From: Nemertoderma westbladi | Lineage: Eukaryota > Animalia > Xenacoelomorpha | Direction of reading: 5' to 3' | Assembly (NCBI GenBank): GCA_032718475.1 | Contig: JAUCBJ010000701.1 | Coordinates: 7,624 to 71,623 of the forward strand | DNA length: 64,000 nt | In this document: piece after piece, positions 35,684 through 48,650 of the stretch | Layout: the number at the start of each line of letters is the position of its first letter | How positions within the stretch are numbered: the stretch's first letter is position 1 | The notes under the pieces: generated by a model | Database searches by the model: none | Told to the model about the DNA's origin: nothing | What the model saw: the letters and a program-made list of their open reading frames with translations, nothing else | Made by a program: the position numbers and the translations under genes

Positions 35684-36539
35684 CGCATATTAACTTAAGT
35701 GTTATAACAGTGCGACCACCGTTGAAATTAATTAATTCACCTTGTCCGTCACGTAAAGTAATTAAGATTGTTTTTAGTTTTTTATTCAACAATGAGTAAT
35801 AGCAAATGCTCTCGTATTCGTGATTAATATATTTTCGATTTAATTGTGTTAAAGGACAGGTTCTTAAGAGCGGAGCTAAAGCATCACCAACAAAAGAGCT
35901 CTCAATAATATCTGTATATATGAAGATTGTATCTTTATTACGAGTAATATTCGTAGGATCTGGAAAATCTAAAATCCCAATTTCCGAAATTTTTGGTCCA
36001 CTATAATTTAAAATTAATATCGGCTGTTCTATATTGCTTAATTCATCCACTGTAGTGGTACTGTATATATCCCAATTCGGAATACCTGGATGATTCTGAT
36101 CCAATAACTGTTTTAAGCCTAGAATTTGTATTAAATCACCGCGTAGACTTAATTGTATTTTTTTCAACTTTTTAGGAAATTTAAATTTAATTCTAGAATT
36201 ATTTGTATTAAAAATGAATTCGAAATCTCTATATTTCGCTTCAGAATTAAACAGTTTATTTATATCATCAATAATGACTTGAATAGAGCTATGCATACCA
36301 GGAAATAAACTGTATAATTTGGCATCTTTTGCATCTACCCCGATTGACAGTGAGATTTGAGTTTGCAAAGTAATATTACTGTATGTTGCTTGATATTGAA
36401 TCTCGGCAAGTCCAATTTTAGCGTTTGAACCAATATATAATTCTTCGGCTAAATCAACAGTAAACTCGCTAGGGTTATTATTGGGATATGTGTTTAATGA
36501 GCTATCTGAAACTAGAGTGATATATGTATCTACAGCCAT
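35670..36539 (-). CDS. Minor capsid protein (penton) paralog 1
   Basis: YITLVSDSS...YPNN.PSEFTV.L...IGLAEIQY; IFIYTDIIE...VGD..APLLR; ITLRD..GE.I.F.GG...ITL.L. Confidence 0.88.
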   Translation of the reverse strand: MAVDTYITLVSDSSLNTYPNNNPSEFTVDLAEELYIGSNAKIGLAEIQYQATYSNITLQTQISLSIGVDAKDAKLYSLFPGMHSSIQVIIDDINKLFNSEAKYRDFEFIFNTNNSRIKFKFPKKLKKIQLSLRGDLIQILGLKQLLDQNHPGIPNWDIYSTTTVDELSNIEQPILILNYSGPKISEIGILDFPDPTNITRNKDTIFIYTDIIESSFVGDALAPLLRTCPLTQLNRKYINHEYESICYYSLLNKKLKTILITLRDGQGELINFNGGRTVITLKLICGGDG

Positions 36540-36551
36540 TATTATTATTAT

Positions 36552-36975
36552 TTAAGCTCTCTCTGCTTGACTCCATTGTACATACTGTACTGTATAATGT
36601 TAAACTATAGACATCTGTGACCACGTTCATTGTTTCTACAGTATATGCGAGAGATCAATATTTAAAGCGAATGAACTATAGATATTAGACTTACAGCATA
36701 GTAATATCATTTGAGTTAATATTGATTAATTACGATCATATGTGACCATTATTCGCTTAAGCTCTCTCTACTTGACTCCTTATACATACTGTATAATGTT
36801 AAATTATAGACATCTGTCACTGCGTTCATTACCACTTCTACAGTATATGTGAGGGATCAATATTTTACTAGCTTTATTTAAAGCGAATGAACTATAGATA
36901 TTAGACTTACAGTATAGTATAGTAATATCATTAGAGTTAATATTGATTAATTACGGTCATATGTGACCATTATTC
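36552..36975. repeat. ~205-bp diverged tandem duplication upstream of the penton genes
   Basis: ttaagctctctct...atatgtgaccattattc repeated at ~36552 and ~36757. Confidence 0.8.
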
Positions 36976-37009
36976 ACGCAATGAATCAATATACAGTATA
37001 AACCTAAAC

Positions 37010-38015
37010 TTATTGAATATGCTGTACCCACGACTGTTTTTTGGATCCAATGAATCGGACTAAATATTCTTTTTTCCCATTGCGCACACGTTCTTTAAGT
37101 TTGCCAATATTTTTGTCAATCGGAAGATAAATATTACTACTCGGGTGGACCTTTTGGAGTTCGTATGAATAAAATGAACCATTTATTATAGCACCAGCGC
37201 TGTCCTTAATATCGAACATTACCGCTGGTACTCTATCCAATCTGACCCAATGAATAATAAATAATTCATGTGTCCATTGTTCTCGATAGCCTTTAGCAAA
37301 AGCAGTACACGCGATAGATAAACGTACTGTATCTCCAACTTGAAATTTTATTTTCTTGTGATTAATCTGTCTATATTTCCCATATAATCTATTAATTAAT
37401 TCAGTTTCATTAAATTTATTAACTTCAATGGGAGTCATTTGTATAGTCCTATGAAATGACCTATTATAAGCAAAAATAAGCTTCGGTAAAATTTTTATCC
37501 AAACATTATTTCCCCGTTGCGTGAAAATTTTGAACATCTTTGTTTTTAATGTTCTATTGAATCTCTCGACAATAGCCGCCTTATTCACAGAGTACATTAC
37601 GTAATAACGTACACCAATAGTATCTAAATATTTTCTTACAGATTTATTTAGAAACTCAGACCGCGATTCTGTTTGGTTTACCTTTCTGGAATATATTTTG
37701 CAATATACTAATAATTTCAATACCTGTTTTTGTCTTCATACCATAGGCAAAAGCAAGCCGGCTAAAGGCATCACTACATGTTAATATATAGTTATAATTA
37801 TTATTTTGTGATTTATATTGCTGCATATCCACCAGATCTATCATATATATATCTTTTAACCCTCCCGTAAATATTTTAGATGTTGGATAATGATGTCTAC
37901 GTGGTGCGTGAAGGGAGTATGTCTTTTGCCCGCTCAACCATTTCTGAGCTTGAGATGGTTTGATGTTTGCGGCTTTTGCTAATTTTGCGATACTTCGGAC
38001 ACTCGTAGCGCCTGT
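37010..38015 (-). pseudogene. Polinton retroviral-like (rve) integrase with C-terminal chromodomain, frameshifted
   Basis: WLSGQKTYSLH.P, IDLVDM, YILTCSDAFSR, SEFLN, KAAIVERFNRTLK, F.KGY...WT.E.F, EYLVRF.G....WV. A small deletion removes the second catalytic Asp region (~37660). Confidence 0.92.
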
Positions 38016-38359
38016 AAAATAAAGGATTGTGATTGGATGCAGTACTAGCGTTGGGTGACTAATAACGCCTCTAGCGGAAGATGCGGGAACATGAGAAGTT
38101 ACCATGGTTACGGTTGAAATGCTGGCATCTGATTGGATGAAATAATAACGACCACTGGTAAAGGTTGAAATGGTGGCTTCTGATTGGATGCAGTACTAGA
38201 AATGGATGGTAATGATGGGCTATGGGTGACCTTGATGCGAGGGACTACAAACATATACTACTGGTTGAATCTCTCAAGTATATAATGCGGTATGTAAGTA
38301 TCTATCTATTACAAAAATTTGTTCCACCACCATGCAACCTTCAATTGGCTTACTGTGAA

Positions 38360-38562
38360 GCAGCATGCAAAGAATGATATGCCGGGTTAAATACTGTGCA
38401 AAATTCCACCGCCGCAATTCCCTATCCCCATAATTATCAGCATCTCCAAGGCCAATGTCCTTTAAGAGGCGTCTTAAGAAAGTCATGAGGTGTCAAAGCG
38501 CAAGATTGTGCACAGACTCGCTGGTACTCACGGCGAAAGCAATGTCCTGCAAAGCGGAGGCG
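38360..38562 (-). mobile_element. 3' fragment of the same RTE LINE family as 5882-6566
   Basis: Shares cacggcgaaagcaatgtcctgcaaagcggaggcg (RLRFAGHCFRRE). Confidence 0.8.
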
Positions 38563-39621
38563 GTATATATATATTACATGTATATTTATAGTATACATGT
38601 ATGTATAAATGAGCATCACATTAGAAAGATTCAGTTTCATATCTATGCAAGAGTATACAGTTTATAAAAGTATAGGCCTACTAACAGTATATCACTTGAA
38701 GTAAAAGTGACTTATTCAACATGCTATTCATTACAGTAGGTATAATTATATAATCGGCTCCTTCCTTTTTTTGAAGTAAAGTAGTGCATAAAATGTTTCT
38801 TATAATTTTTTAATTTTTAAATAAATTTTATTTTTGTTACAGCTGGGAAATGCTATTTATTATGGATGGAGTGAGTGTGGGGATTCAACTAGCTACAAAA
38901 TTCAGGAGAAAACGAAGGAATGCTACCTAGAGAAAGATATCATTATACAGTACTCCCACTCTGTAATAATTAACTCTAGACTTATCTATTTAACTTTTAC
39001 GTTAATGATATATTATGTATTTCCTATTTGATTTATCTCCTTGTTATATTTCTTTCCATGTTTCTCATGTTCGGTAAATTCGCTATATTTTTGGATAAAA
39101 GTAAGTAGTGGTAATATTCAATATAAACTCGTAGTCTTATTTCAACAAATGTTTGTTTTCATGTTCAGTTGATTTACTTTTGCTGCAATCCTGTAGTTCA
39201 CAAATCGTTACACTAACAGCGGTGCCAGGGGGGGGGGGGCATTTTGCCATATTATCATTTAATAGTGAATGATTGACAGCTATTCAGCAGTGGTTAAATA
39301 TTCGTTCGAAATTATATATTTGAACCACACTTTTAGTTCAAGCACAGTTCAAACCAACAGTTTTGAACGTTGGAAGGAAGCATTATTGAACCTTTTCAAA
39401 ATATTAAGCCGTTCAAAAGGAGTTCGTTAAATAATTAGTTGAACGGACCATTTTAGAACGAATATCTAACGTTTATAAGATGACGTCGAATCAACGTTTT
39501 GTGAGCGGGACAAATCCCTTCCTAGATGAACGTGTACAGTGAACGCACCTGGAACGTTATCAGAACAACGTTATCCACGTTATTAGAACTATCTTAAACG
39601 TGAGGTGAACGTTGGTGTGCT

Positions 39622-40140
39622 ACTAGGGAAGTCTAGGACTTCGAGCAGCACTTGAACAACAAAGCTGACAGGTTAACTAGTCTGGGACTTCCAGTAGCAC
39701 GGGAACAACTAAGCTGACTTGTTCACTAGTCTGGGACTTCGAGCAAAATTGCAAATTGAGAAGGGGGGGGGGGGGGGGGGGGGGTCGGGGGATTTGGCTT
39801 AACTTCTAGCTGTAAATGTAAAGAACATTTATTATTTGTTTGTATCAGTTATATATAATTACATCAGAACATTATAATTATAATAATATAGCGGGGAACT
39901 GATATATATCGCATGTAGGCCTACTGTAATAACAATAGGTGTATAATGCATCTGCCTATACTGCTATATCTGTCCCAGACATGTACCAGACTAGTTAACC
40001 AGTCAGCTTAGTTGTTCACGTGCTGCTCGAAGTCCCAGACTTGTTAACCAGTCAGCTTAGTTGTTCACGTGCTACTCGAAGCCCCAGACTAGTTAACGTG
40101 CTGGTTTAGTTGTTCACATGCTGCTCGAAGTCCCAGAATA
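39622..40140. repeat. Foldback made of ~49-bp repeats in inverted arms
   Basis: tagtctgggacttcgagcagcac..aacaactaagctgac occurs x3 forward (39622-39745) and in several reverse-complement copies (39970-40140), around a poly-G spacer. Confidence 0.75.
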
Positions 40141-41967
40141 GATAAATCAACAACATTAACGGATGAGTGAGTTAAACCGATAAGAAATAATTTATTCTGA
40201 TTCAATGAATTACATTAGTCTTACTCTATTCATGTATTCAATGTTAAAACAGATTTGAATTTACCGCCAAAATATAGGTCGCAGATCAGGGGCGGTATTC
40301 ATAGAGTTAGTATTAGTTACAGCTACAGTACTTAGTGACAGCTTTTAGTAAGAGCTGCAACTATGTTTAGTAAGAGCTATCTGTTACTAAAAACAACTGA
40401 TTTTAGTAAGAGCATTGACTTAACTTAGTTTCAACTAGCCCTTAAAAAATATCAGTATTCATAAAAGGTTACTAAACTTAGTTCTAGCCTATTAGTTAGT
40501 AGCAGTGCCGGTACTTTAACTCATGTTTATCAAAAAGCTCTCAGTTTCAACTTAAGGTCGGTAGTTATGCCCTGCATGTCTCTATGTTTACTGTTTTACT
40601 TGTACTGGTAGTCTACATTAAAACCCATTAATTTTATTGGTCACTAAAACAATTCCTGTTTTCCAGTAAATTTTTTCGTTATCAAATATATTATTTCCTC
40701 CACTCAATATAATTATCACTAAAATATATTTTCATCAAAAATAAATCTGATACGGCCTGTTGTAATAAAATCCCTTCATTATTAGTGGCACTGTAACATG
40801 CCCTTTCCCACATTTTACCAATAATTTATAATTAATAGATTTTAGTGGAAACAATTTCATATATCCCAGGATGTCGGTGTAATCATTATAATTCAGTGTT
40901 GTTACGAGAGATGGAATCAGCACGAATACGGACTTGGATTAAAACATTTGGGAAAAATACGCATGCGTGTCAGCTGACCATGCTATCACATTGTCTTGTT
41001 AAAGTTCTTTTACTGGTATCGGTGGCGTGTAATTCAGTGCCTCGATAATGCAAGAGGCATTTCCAGCCAATTGTGGAAACTGAATATTTTTTTAGTGATT
41101 TCCTGTTAAAATTATAGTGAAAAATTATTATTTTTAGTCAGTTAGTAAGGCGATAAATCAATTGGCTACCATTATCGAATACCATTATTTACATTCGGTA
41201 ATAGAGATGAAAATAATGAAGTGGGAACGCTACCGCTTTTTCATCTTGCGAAAATTTTCGAATGGTAGAATTCTTTAGCGAAACACATTTTTCAACGGAC
41301 GCGGACCGTTCGGGAGCAATCTCACCATTCAAGAATGTGAGTTGAAATTTGAAAATTTAAGTCGGATATATGTTTAAAAAACAACAAGCTTTATATCGTT
41401 ACATTTGACAGTTTCTCTGCAACAACACATTTGCAATGAACACAGAATGCTAGAAAAACAAGAGAGAGTATAATGTGGACAGAGTCGTCAGTAACATAAT
41501 AACCATACTGTATGTATGAAGGCCAACATAGAATAAGTAAGCGTTCTTACCAACTTAGTCACATCTTCATGTGACTAGAAATTTAAGTTACAGCTAATAC
41601 TAACTTAAGTAAGACTAAATTCTATGAATACGAGTTTAGCAACAACTAGTACAGTACCGCTTTCAAATAACGTCGTATTGGTTCCTAATAGGATCCTATT
41701 AGGATCCAAGTCACTGATTTACTACTATTGGAGTTAGGATTTAATTGGAAATTAAATTTAGCCCAAATTCCAGACTTGGAGGCACTTAGGATTTGACTTG
41801 GATTTCATTAGGAATTTACTTGGAAATCGGCGCTTACTTTGATGTCTGGAAGGTGGACTGACTCAGACTATGCTTGTGCTGGTCTACTTCTTCTCTATCC
41901 TGTCATACATTAAGATGTATAGAATGGACTAGACTCAGCATAAAGTTTGTGTAGTGTTCAGTTCATT

Positions 41968-43234
41968 ACACGTTCGTGGGGCCTTCGCGCAGCACGAGGC
42001 CCAGTTATGAGATACAAATTAAAATTGTGCGACTGTATCACAAAATCAGGTTATGAGAGATTAACCGACACCACCAATTAATCAAAGAAAGGGGGACAGT
42101 ACGTGTTCACCCGTTTTAATCTGCACCCCCCCCCCCCCCCTCCCCCCACCCACCAATACATAACCGCGACATCTACCACCCACGGAAGGGTAGCACGAAC
42201 TTATTTCCAAACGCACGTTCAATATGCAAAGCCAGGTGGTTTATAGGAATATAATCAATGCAGTACTCGTCTTCATTATAAGCCTCTTTGCGTTCGACCT
42301 GTTTTGTATTAAAATATATTTATTAAACGCAGGCTGACGCTCTTTATAATAATAATACCTAGGGTTGCCAGCTTCCAGACTTTCAATCTTTACTGCCGCG
42401 CAAACCTGCTGTTGCTGTGCAAGTGCTGAAGTGCTAGTTGCCACCGGTCAGCCGGTACCGGTAGTAGGGTGGTACCTACGGTGCGCACTACAACGGCAGT
42501 ACAGCAATACGGTGTACCGTGCCAATGACTGAATGATTAGCGGTAACTATCTAAACTATTATATTATTATTACCGGTGCCGGTACTGGGCTAATTAGGCC
42601 TAAACTATAATCACCGCAAGGGTTGCCGGGGCCATGTTTAATTAGATTACATGATATGGCATGTCTGCAGTGTATGGTACCGGCTGACCAGTATTGCAGT
42701 ATTGACTGATTCCAGGAATCTCGATTCAGGGATTGAGTACAGCCTGACAGTACCGGTACACATGGTACATGCAGATTGGCAGAGAGCCCCAATGTATTGC
42801 AAAATTTGTCAGAAACCCAGCTGATTTATCCTACAGTAATAATAATTTAACGCATTTTAAATTTGGATAAATAAATTTATTATAACTGCAATAACAGTTA
42901 CACTGATGCTGCACGAAGGCCCCACGCAAATTCTAATTGGAAAATTTTCAAACTTTTGCCAAACAACATGTGTACCAAGTTTGGATAGATTTCATCAAGG
43001 ATTGGCCGAGTTATTAACGTTTAAAATAAAATACTGAAAAAAAAACGCGACAGAACGACAGGTTGATTAATGGTACCCCTACGCTAAGGCTCACTCACTT
43101 CGTGGCTCTCCCCACAGGTTGATTAATGGTACCCCTACGCTAAGGCTCACTCACTTCGTGGCTCGCCCCACAGAACGACAGGTTGATTAATGGTACCCCT
43201 ACGCTAAGGCTCACTCACTTCGTGGCTCGCCCCA
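41968..43234 (+). mobile_element. Helentron/DINE-1-like non-autonomous element
   Basis: Starts acacgttcgtggggccttcgcgcagcacgaggccc (hairpin); catgtgtaccaagtttgg, gacagaac microsatellite; ends in three ~56-bp terminal repeats ...gctcgcccca. Confidence 0.65.
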
Positions 43235-44908
43235 CATTAAGGTATAGATATCGATGGAAGATTACACTCCTCCTACTGTACCTTGTATTGCCAGCCTCTG
43301 ACGTAAATAATATTTAAAATATAAACTCTAATAGATGAAATCCACACACATCGGCACATAGTTAACGTCCGTGGGCTGCTGATGGGCTCTGGAATATTTT
43401 AAAATCGTATTGAACTTAAAAATAAATGTAGGATCACACACTGTATTTATTACTATTGAATATATTTTGAGTAATAAAGAGTAAAACACAATGTTTGTGT
43501 AATTATTAATAGAATAAATATTAGTTTATTTTCATTTATTAGTTTTAATTAATAATTAGACAGGGGCTAAAACTGAGCGACTAAATAAATGTATGTTATC
43601 CACGGGAAATTTTCATTTCCTCTACACATTGACATTCTGCTTACTATACAAACACTGCTTGCTGTAAGAGGAGTACACGTTGTGGGGTCTTCGAGCAGCA
43701 CGTGTTCAAATGTTCAATGACTGAGCAGCGACTAATTAACAAATTTATGAGAGATTCATTGACCAGCTACAGACAGACCAATATTGTGACATATATTTTA
43801 GTTTAATGTTTGATTCAATTAAAGGCACAAATTAAAAAGGCTACAAATATATAGGGGTGAATAATTAAATTAGTCACCCATTAAAAGGTAGCCAAATATA
43901 AGTTGCAATCTATAAAAATTGTTAAATTCAGTAGTGTGCGTGTGTTGTGTATAGATTCCGTAGATTTCATGTTGAAATAGCGTTCATTAATTTCATTTCT
44001 ATTTAATTATTCAGGCATACTAATACCCACTTTAAATTAGTTCGTGTGTGTTAAGTGTGTAAGATTTGATTGTTTTGGAACGAACCCATTAGGGCACAGA
44101 AACTGACGGATTCTTCGCGAATTTTGTAAACGTCGCTAATTTCGCAAACGTCGCAAACTTCGGGAATTTTTTCTACAATTTTGACTCCTTAAGCAAAAGG
44201 GTCCCGAATGAGTTTTTTAACCCTTATTTTTTTGTGATTTTGATTGCTTTTTTATATTAGTGAATGTTCTAGAACCTTAGTAGATTTTTTATGGTATAAT
44301 GCTAGTATTTTTTACTAGCTAGAAATTTTTGGAAATTATTTTGGTCAATAATATATTCTTCAACAGTTTAACCTGAAATATCATGGACTTTCACATTTTT
44401 TATAATTTCTAAAAATACTAGCTAGCAAAAAAACACTACCGGTAGCTATCATAAAAAACATATCTACTAATGTTCTAGAACTTACACCAATACCAAAAAA
44501 ATTTAAAAACTCTAAAAAAGGATTGGTGAAAAATGGCTGGGGTGTCGACAGGGCGAAGTAGGGACCGTGTTGCTTAACCCCTTAGAGCCTATGACGTCCA
44601 GTGCATGTCACCATGGACAGCACTAAGACGTGCAGTGGACGTCATGCTGGAATACATGTTTTATTGGAAGGCTCTTGGAGTAGGTATACTGGTGGATAGT
44701 ATTAAAGACATTTAGTGCTCTTCATGGGAAATAATCCATTCTGTACTGTAGATAGGATGTATTGTAGACTGTATTATCAATGTTAGGTATATGGCGTAAT
44801 GTCAACCATAGTACAGTAGTACAGACTGACAGTAAGACCGACAGACAGACAGACTAGATTTATGTAAACGTGAAAACTGACATCAGAAATGTAATCAGCA
44901 ACCCTTAA

Positions 44909-46037
44909 GGGGGGGGTAGCGCATTTTCTGACCAAAAAGACGAATTTTTGAAACATATCCTATCTGATGCAGAATTTCATGCTGAATCCAAATATGGAAA
45001 CCGTTTTCCCATATCTTGCTTAGTTTTCGAGATATCTTGGATAGAAGATACTGGCTCCGATGTATTGCGATATCGGTAAAGGCGATGAAGTTTGGGGTTT
45101 GCATTCAATTTCTGCAAATTTCTGTGCTCAGTGGTGCCAATTGGATGTCTCCACGAGAAAGAGCACAAAATTTTAATTGAGAAGGTATTTTCTTATGATT
45201 ATTGGACCTACTGATCAGTTTATAAGACAACTTCAAGTCTCCGGAATGAAGACTGGACTCGAATAAGCGACTCTGCGGTCTTTGCGCGATTACACGGAAT
45301 AGACTTATCGGTCATCGGAGATCTTCAAAATGTATAATCTCCAGTTCTAGTGGTCGTACAAAGTTCGTTTTAGGCTCATTCGAAAGCTCTTTTCTTGGAG
45401 AACAAAGTTACCATTTGATTTAAGACAAAATGGTTGTAAAGCAACATAACATGAATTTGGGTAAAATATGCCTTGCAAATTTTGTTCAAGTTATGATTGC
45501 TCAGGCAGCTTTCAAGAGTTTGCCAAACCAAATGGTAACTTTGGTCTCTGAGAAAAGAGCTTTCGAATGAGCCCAAAACGATCTTCGTACGACCACTAGA
45601 ACTGGAGATTATACATTTTGAAGATCCCCGATGACCGATAAGTCTATTCCGTGTAATCGCGCAAAGACTGCAGAGTCGCTTATTCGAGTCCCGTCTTCAT
45701 TCCGGAGAGTTGAAGTTGTCTTATAAACTGATCAGTAGGTCCAATAATCATAAAAAAATATTTTCTCAATTAAAATGTTGTGCTCTTTCTCGTGGAGACA
45801 TCCAATTAGCACCACTGAGCACAGAAATATTCAGAAATTGAATGCAAACCCCAAACTTCATCTCCTTTACCGATATCGCGATATATCGGAGCAAGTATCT
45901 TCTATCCCAGATATCTCGAAAACTAAGCAAGATATGGGAAAACGGTTTCCATATTTGGATTCAGCATTAAATTCTCCATCAGATAGGATATGTTTCAAAA
46001 ATTCGACTTTTTGGTCTGAAAATGCGCTACCCCCCCC
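44909..46037. mobile_element. Kolobok-like palindromic MITE
   Basis: TTAA TSD (44905-44908, 46038-46041), GGGGGG termini, ~500-bp inverted arms. The empty site cagcacccc-ttaa-aacccccatag is seen at ~54782. Confidence 0.85.
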
Positions 46038-46248
46038 TTAAAACCCCCATAGCGAGAATGTTAGCGACAAGTTTTAATTATTAACTATATTTCGTAAGAT
46101 ATATTTTAAAACATTTATTTATTAATAATGCAATAACTGAATAACCAGATAACGGAAAGACAAACTGAATTGAAACTTTTAATTACTAATAATAATTGTG
46201 GTGAGAGGTGATTGGAAATCAAGGATATATGATATGTTATGGTAGGGA

Positions 46249-48579
46249 TGTAGTGCATGCCCAATAGTCAAGGAAGCTTAGAAATAATTTATTCACAAAA
46301 TCAAATTTAGTATTTTCATAAAATTGTTAGTCGAGACATTTTACCTATCTTTCTACAAAGCAAAACACCTTATTTATTTACTTAAGATACAGCATGTTGA
46401 TTTCATGTGCAAAACAGATGTAGTCTCAATAATAGCCCTTATACAGTAGATGTCAATTAAACAGATATTTATCAGAGTGACATCGCACATGTCTGCTGCA
46501 AGAAACCACTAACACTAGCTTGCTTAAATACTGCATGTAACTTTCATTAAGAGAGAGAGAGAAAGAGAAATAGAATAGATTTAATTACCGGTAAAGTTAT
46601 ATTTGGAGACCGTAATAATAAGTTGAAAGTTAGACATTAAAAACCAGAACCAAAACTATATTATTTTCATCATAACAAAGACAACGTCCAAACCTTTACA
46701 TTGGTGACCCACTCCATTGAATACATTGCAGGAGAAAGTAACATAGTCGCTGATACTTTATCACGTCAAATCGCTTCAATTAGTATTGATTCTTTTGGAT
46801 TGGAAGATATTGCCTCTCAACAGTCAGCCAATTTAATCCTTCCTGAAGATCATTCGCTAAATATTAAAACATTTCCATTAGCAAATGGTAAAGTTATTAA
46901 GTGCGACGTAACTACTGCATACCCTAGACCCATCCTACCAGATTCATGTAGACGAACAGTATTCAATGAACTACACAACATGTCACATCCAGGAATTAAA
47001 TCGACCATACGCATAATAACTGATCGTTATATTTGGCCAAATGCTAAACGAGACATAGTGGAATGGTGTAAATTGTGCACATCTTGTCAAGCAAGTAAAG
47101 TAATACAACACACAAAAACACCCCTAACACCATTTCCTTTGGCACCACGTTTCACACATATCCATTCAGATATAATTGGTCCACTAGTCATGGGTGAGCA
47201 CCAATATCGACACGTAGTAACGTTCATAGATCGACACACTGGGTGGGTAGAAGCAGAGCCAGTTACGTCAATCACAGCTGTTGCCACAGCGACTGCATTT
47301 ATAAAAGTCTGGTTTTCTCGATTTGGAGTGCCCCTTTACCTCACAACAGATCGCGGTGGTCAATTTGAATTACTAGCTGAACTCTCTAAGCTGATTGGTT
47401 TCCACCGTATGCGTACCACATCTTACCACCCCCAGAGTAACGGAAAAATAGAACGATTCCATAAAGTTTTAAAGGCTGCACTCAAAGCACGGAAATCATA
47501 TTGGTTAGAGTCCTTACCAATAGTTATTTTCAGTCACAGAATAACGCCATCTAGCGTTACTAATGTATCTCCATTTGAATTGGTAACGGGAACACAGCCG
47601 TTGTTGCCAGCTTGTTTACTAACTACTAAAGATACAACTTTTAATTATGACTTTGTAAAGACACTTCACAAGCATATAACGGAAATAGGATTTACTGTAG
47701 ACAGTAAAGCTCCTGATTACCAAGAGAGCAACCCAAAGTTGAAAACATACTTACCACCACAATTAAAGACTTGTGACAAAGTTTTCGTTAGAATCGATCG
47801 GGTCCGCAAACCATTAGAAGCGCCTTACCAAGGACCATTTACAGTTCTCAGCAGAACGGATAAACATTTCTGTATCGAAACTCTTAGAGGAGAACAACGA
47901 ATATCAATCGACCGCTTAAAACCTTGTTATACCGGTAACGTTAATAAGAAACCCCCTCCAACCAAGAAACTAAAACCTCATAAGATATTACATAGTAAAA
48001 CTCACAAAGAAAATAAATCACAATCTCAACCGCGAAACATCATTACTACTAGAAGCGGAAAGCGAGTACATTTCTTTGACTCTTAGTTTTAGTTATTCTT
48101 ATTCCATAACTTAATGGAGGGAGATGTGTAGTGCATGCCCAATAGTCAAGGAAGCTTAGAAATAATTTATTCACAAAATCAAATTTAGTATTTTCATAAA
48201 ATTGTTAGTGGAGACATTTTACCTATCTTTCTACAAAGCAAAACACCTTATTTATTTACTTAAGATACAGCATGTTGATTTCATGTGCAAAACAGATGAC
48301 GTAGTCTCAATAATAGCCCTTATACAGTAGATGTCAATTAAACAGATATTTATCAGAGTGACATCTCACATGTCTGCTGCAAGAAACCACTAACACTAGC
48401 TTGCTTAAATACTGCATGTAACTTTCATTAAGAGAGAGAGAGAGAGAAATAGAATAGATTTAATTACCGGTAAAGTTATATTTGGAGACCGTAATAATAA
48501 GTTGAAAGTTAGACATTAAAAACCAGAACCAAAACTATATTATTTTCATCATAACAAAGACAACGTCCAAACCTTTACA
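46249..48579 (+). mobile_element. Internally deleted Gypsy LTR retrotransposon (integrase only)
   Basis: ~452-bp near-identical LTRs TG..CA (46249-46700, 48127-48579); PBS TGGTGACCC (tRNA-Trp-like); PPT at ~48113-48126; 4-bp flanks ggga/ggca. Confidence 0.93.
46701..48086 (+). CDS. Gypsy RNase H tail + integrase (HHCC, DDE, GPF) open reading frame
   Basis: G..NIVADTLSR; H...HPG...C..CQ; HSDIIGP; TDRGGQF; YHPQSNGKIERFH; YQGPF. Confidence 0.88.
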   Translation: MVTHSIEYIAGESNIVADTLSRQIASISIDSFGLEDIASQQSANLILPEDHSLNIKTFPLANGKVIKCDVTTAYPRPILPDSCRRTVFNELHNMSHPGIKSTIRIITDRYIWPNAKRDIVEWCKLCTSCQASKVIQHTKTPLTPFPLAPRFTHIHSDIIGPLVMGEHQYRHVVTFIDRHTGWVEAEPVTSITAVATATAFIKVWFSRFGVPLYLTTDRGGQFELLAELSKLIGFHRMRTTSYHPQSNGKIERFHKVLKAALKARKSYWLESLPIVIFSHRITPSSVTNVSPFELVTGTQPLLPACLLTTKDTTFNYDFVKTLHKHITEIGFTVDSKAPDYQESNPKLKTYLPPQLKTCDKVFVRIDRVRKPLEAPYQGPFTVLSRTDKHFCIETLRGEQRISIDRLKPCYTGNVNKKPPPTKKLKPHKILHSKTHKENKSQSQPRNIITTRSGKRVHFFDS

Positions 48580-48650
48580 GGCACACAGGCAAATGAATTG
48601 ATGTCTGTTGAGATGTATTGAAGGAGCACTATTCCTTCTACTAGACTACT

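Larger units (their letters stand above)
24791..38270. mobile_element. Decayed Polinton/Maverick (adintovirus-like) endogenous element
   Basis: pPolB on +, with converging minus-strand integrase, two pentons, core protein, major capsid and adenain. TIRs and packaging ATPase were not found; boundaries are approximate. Confidence 0.93.

Noticed and set aside
38030-38270. Polinton terminal inverted repeat
   Set aside because: Short gattggatg repeats only; no inverted partner found in the window.
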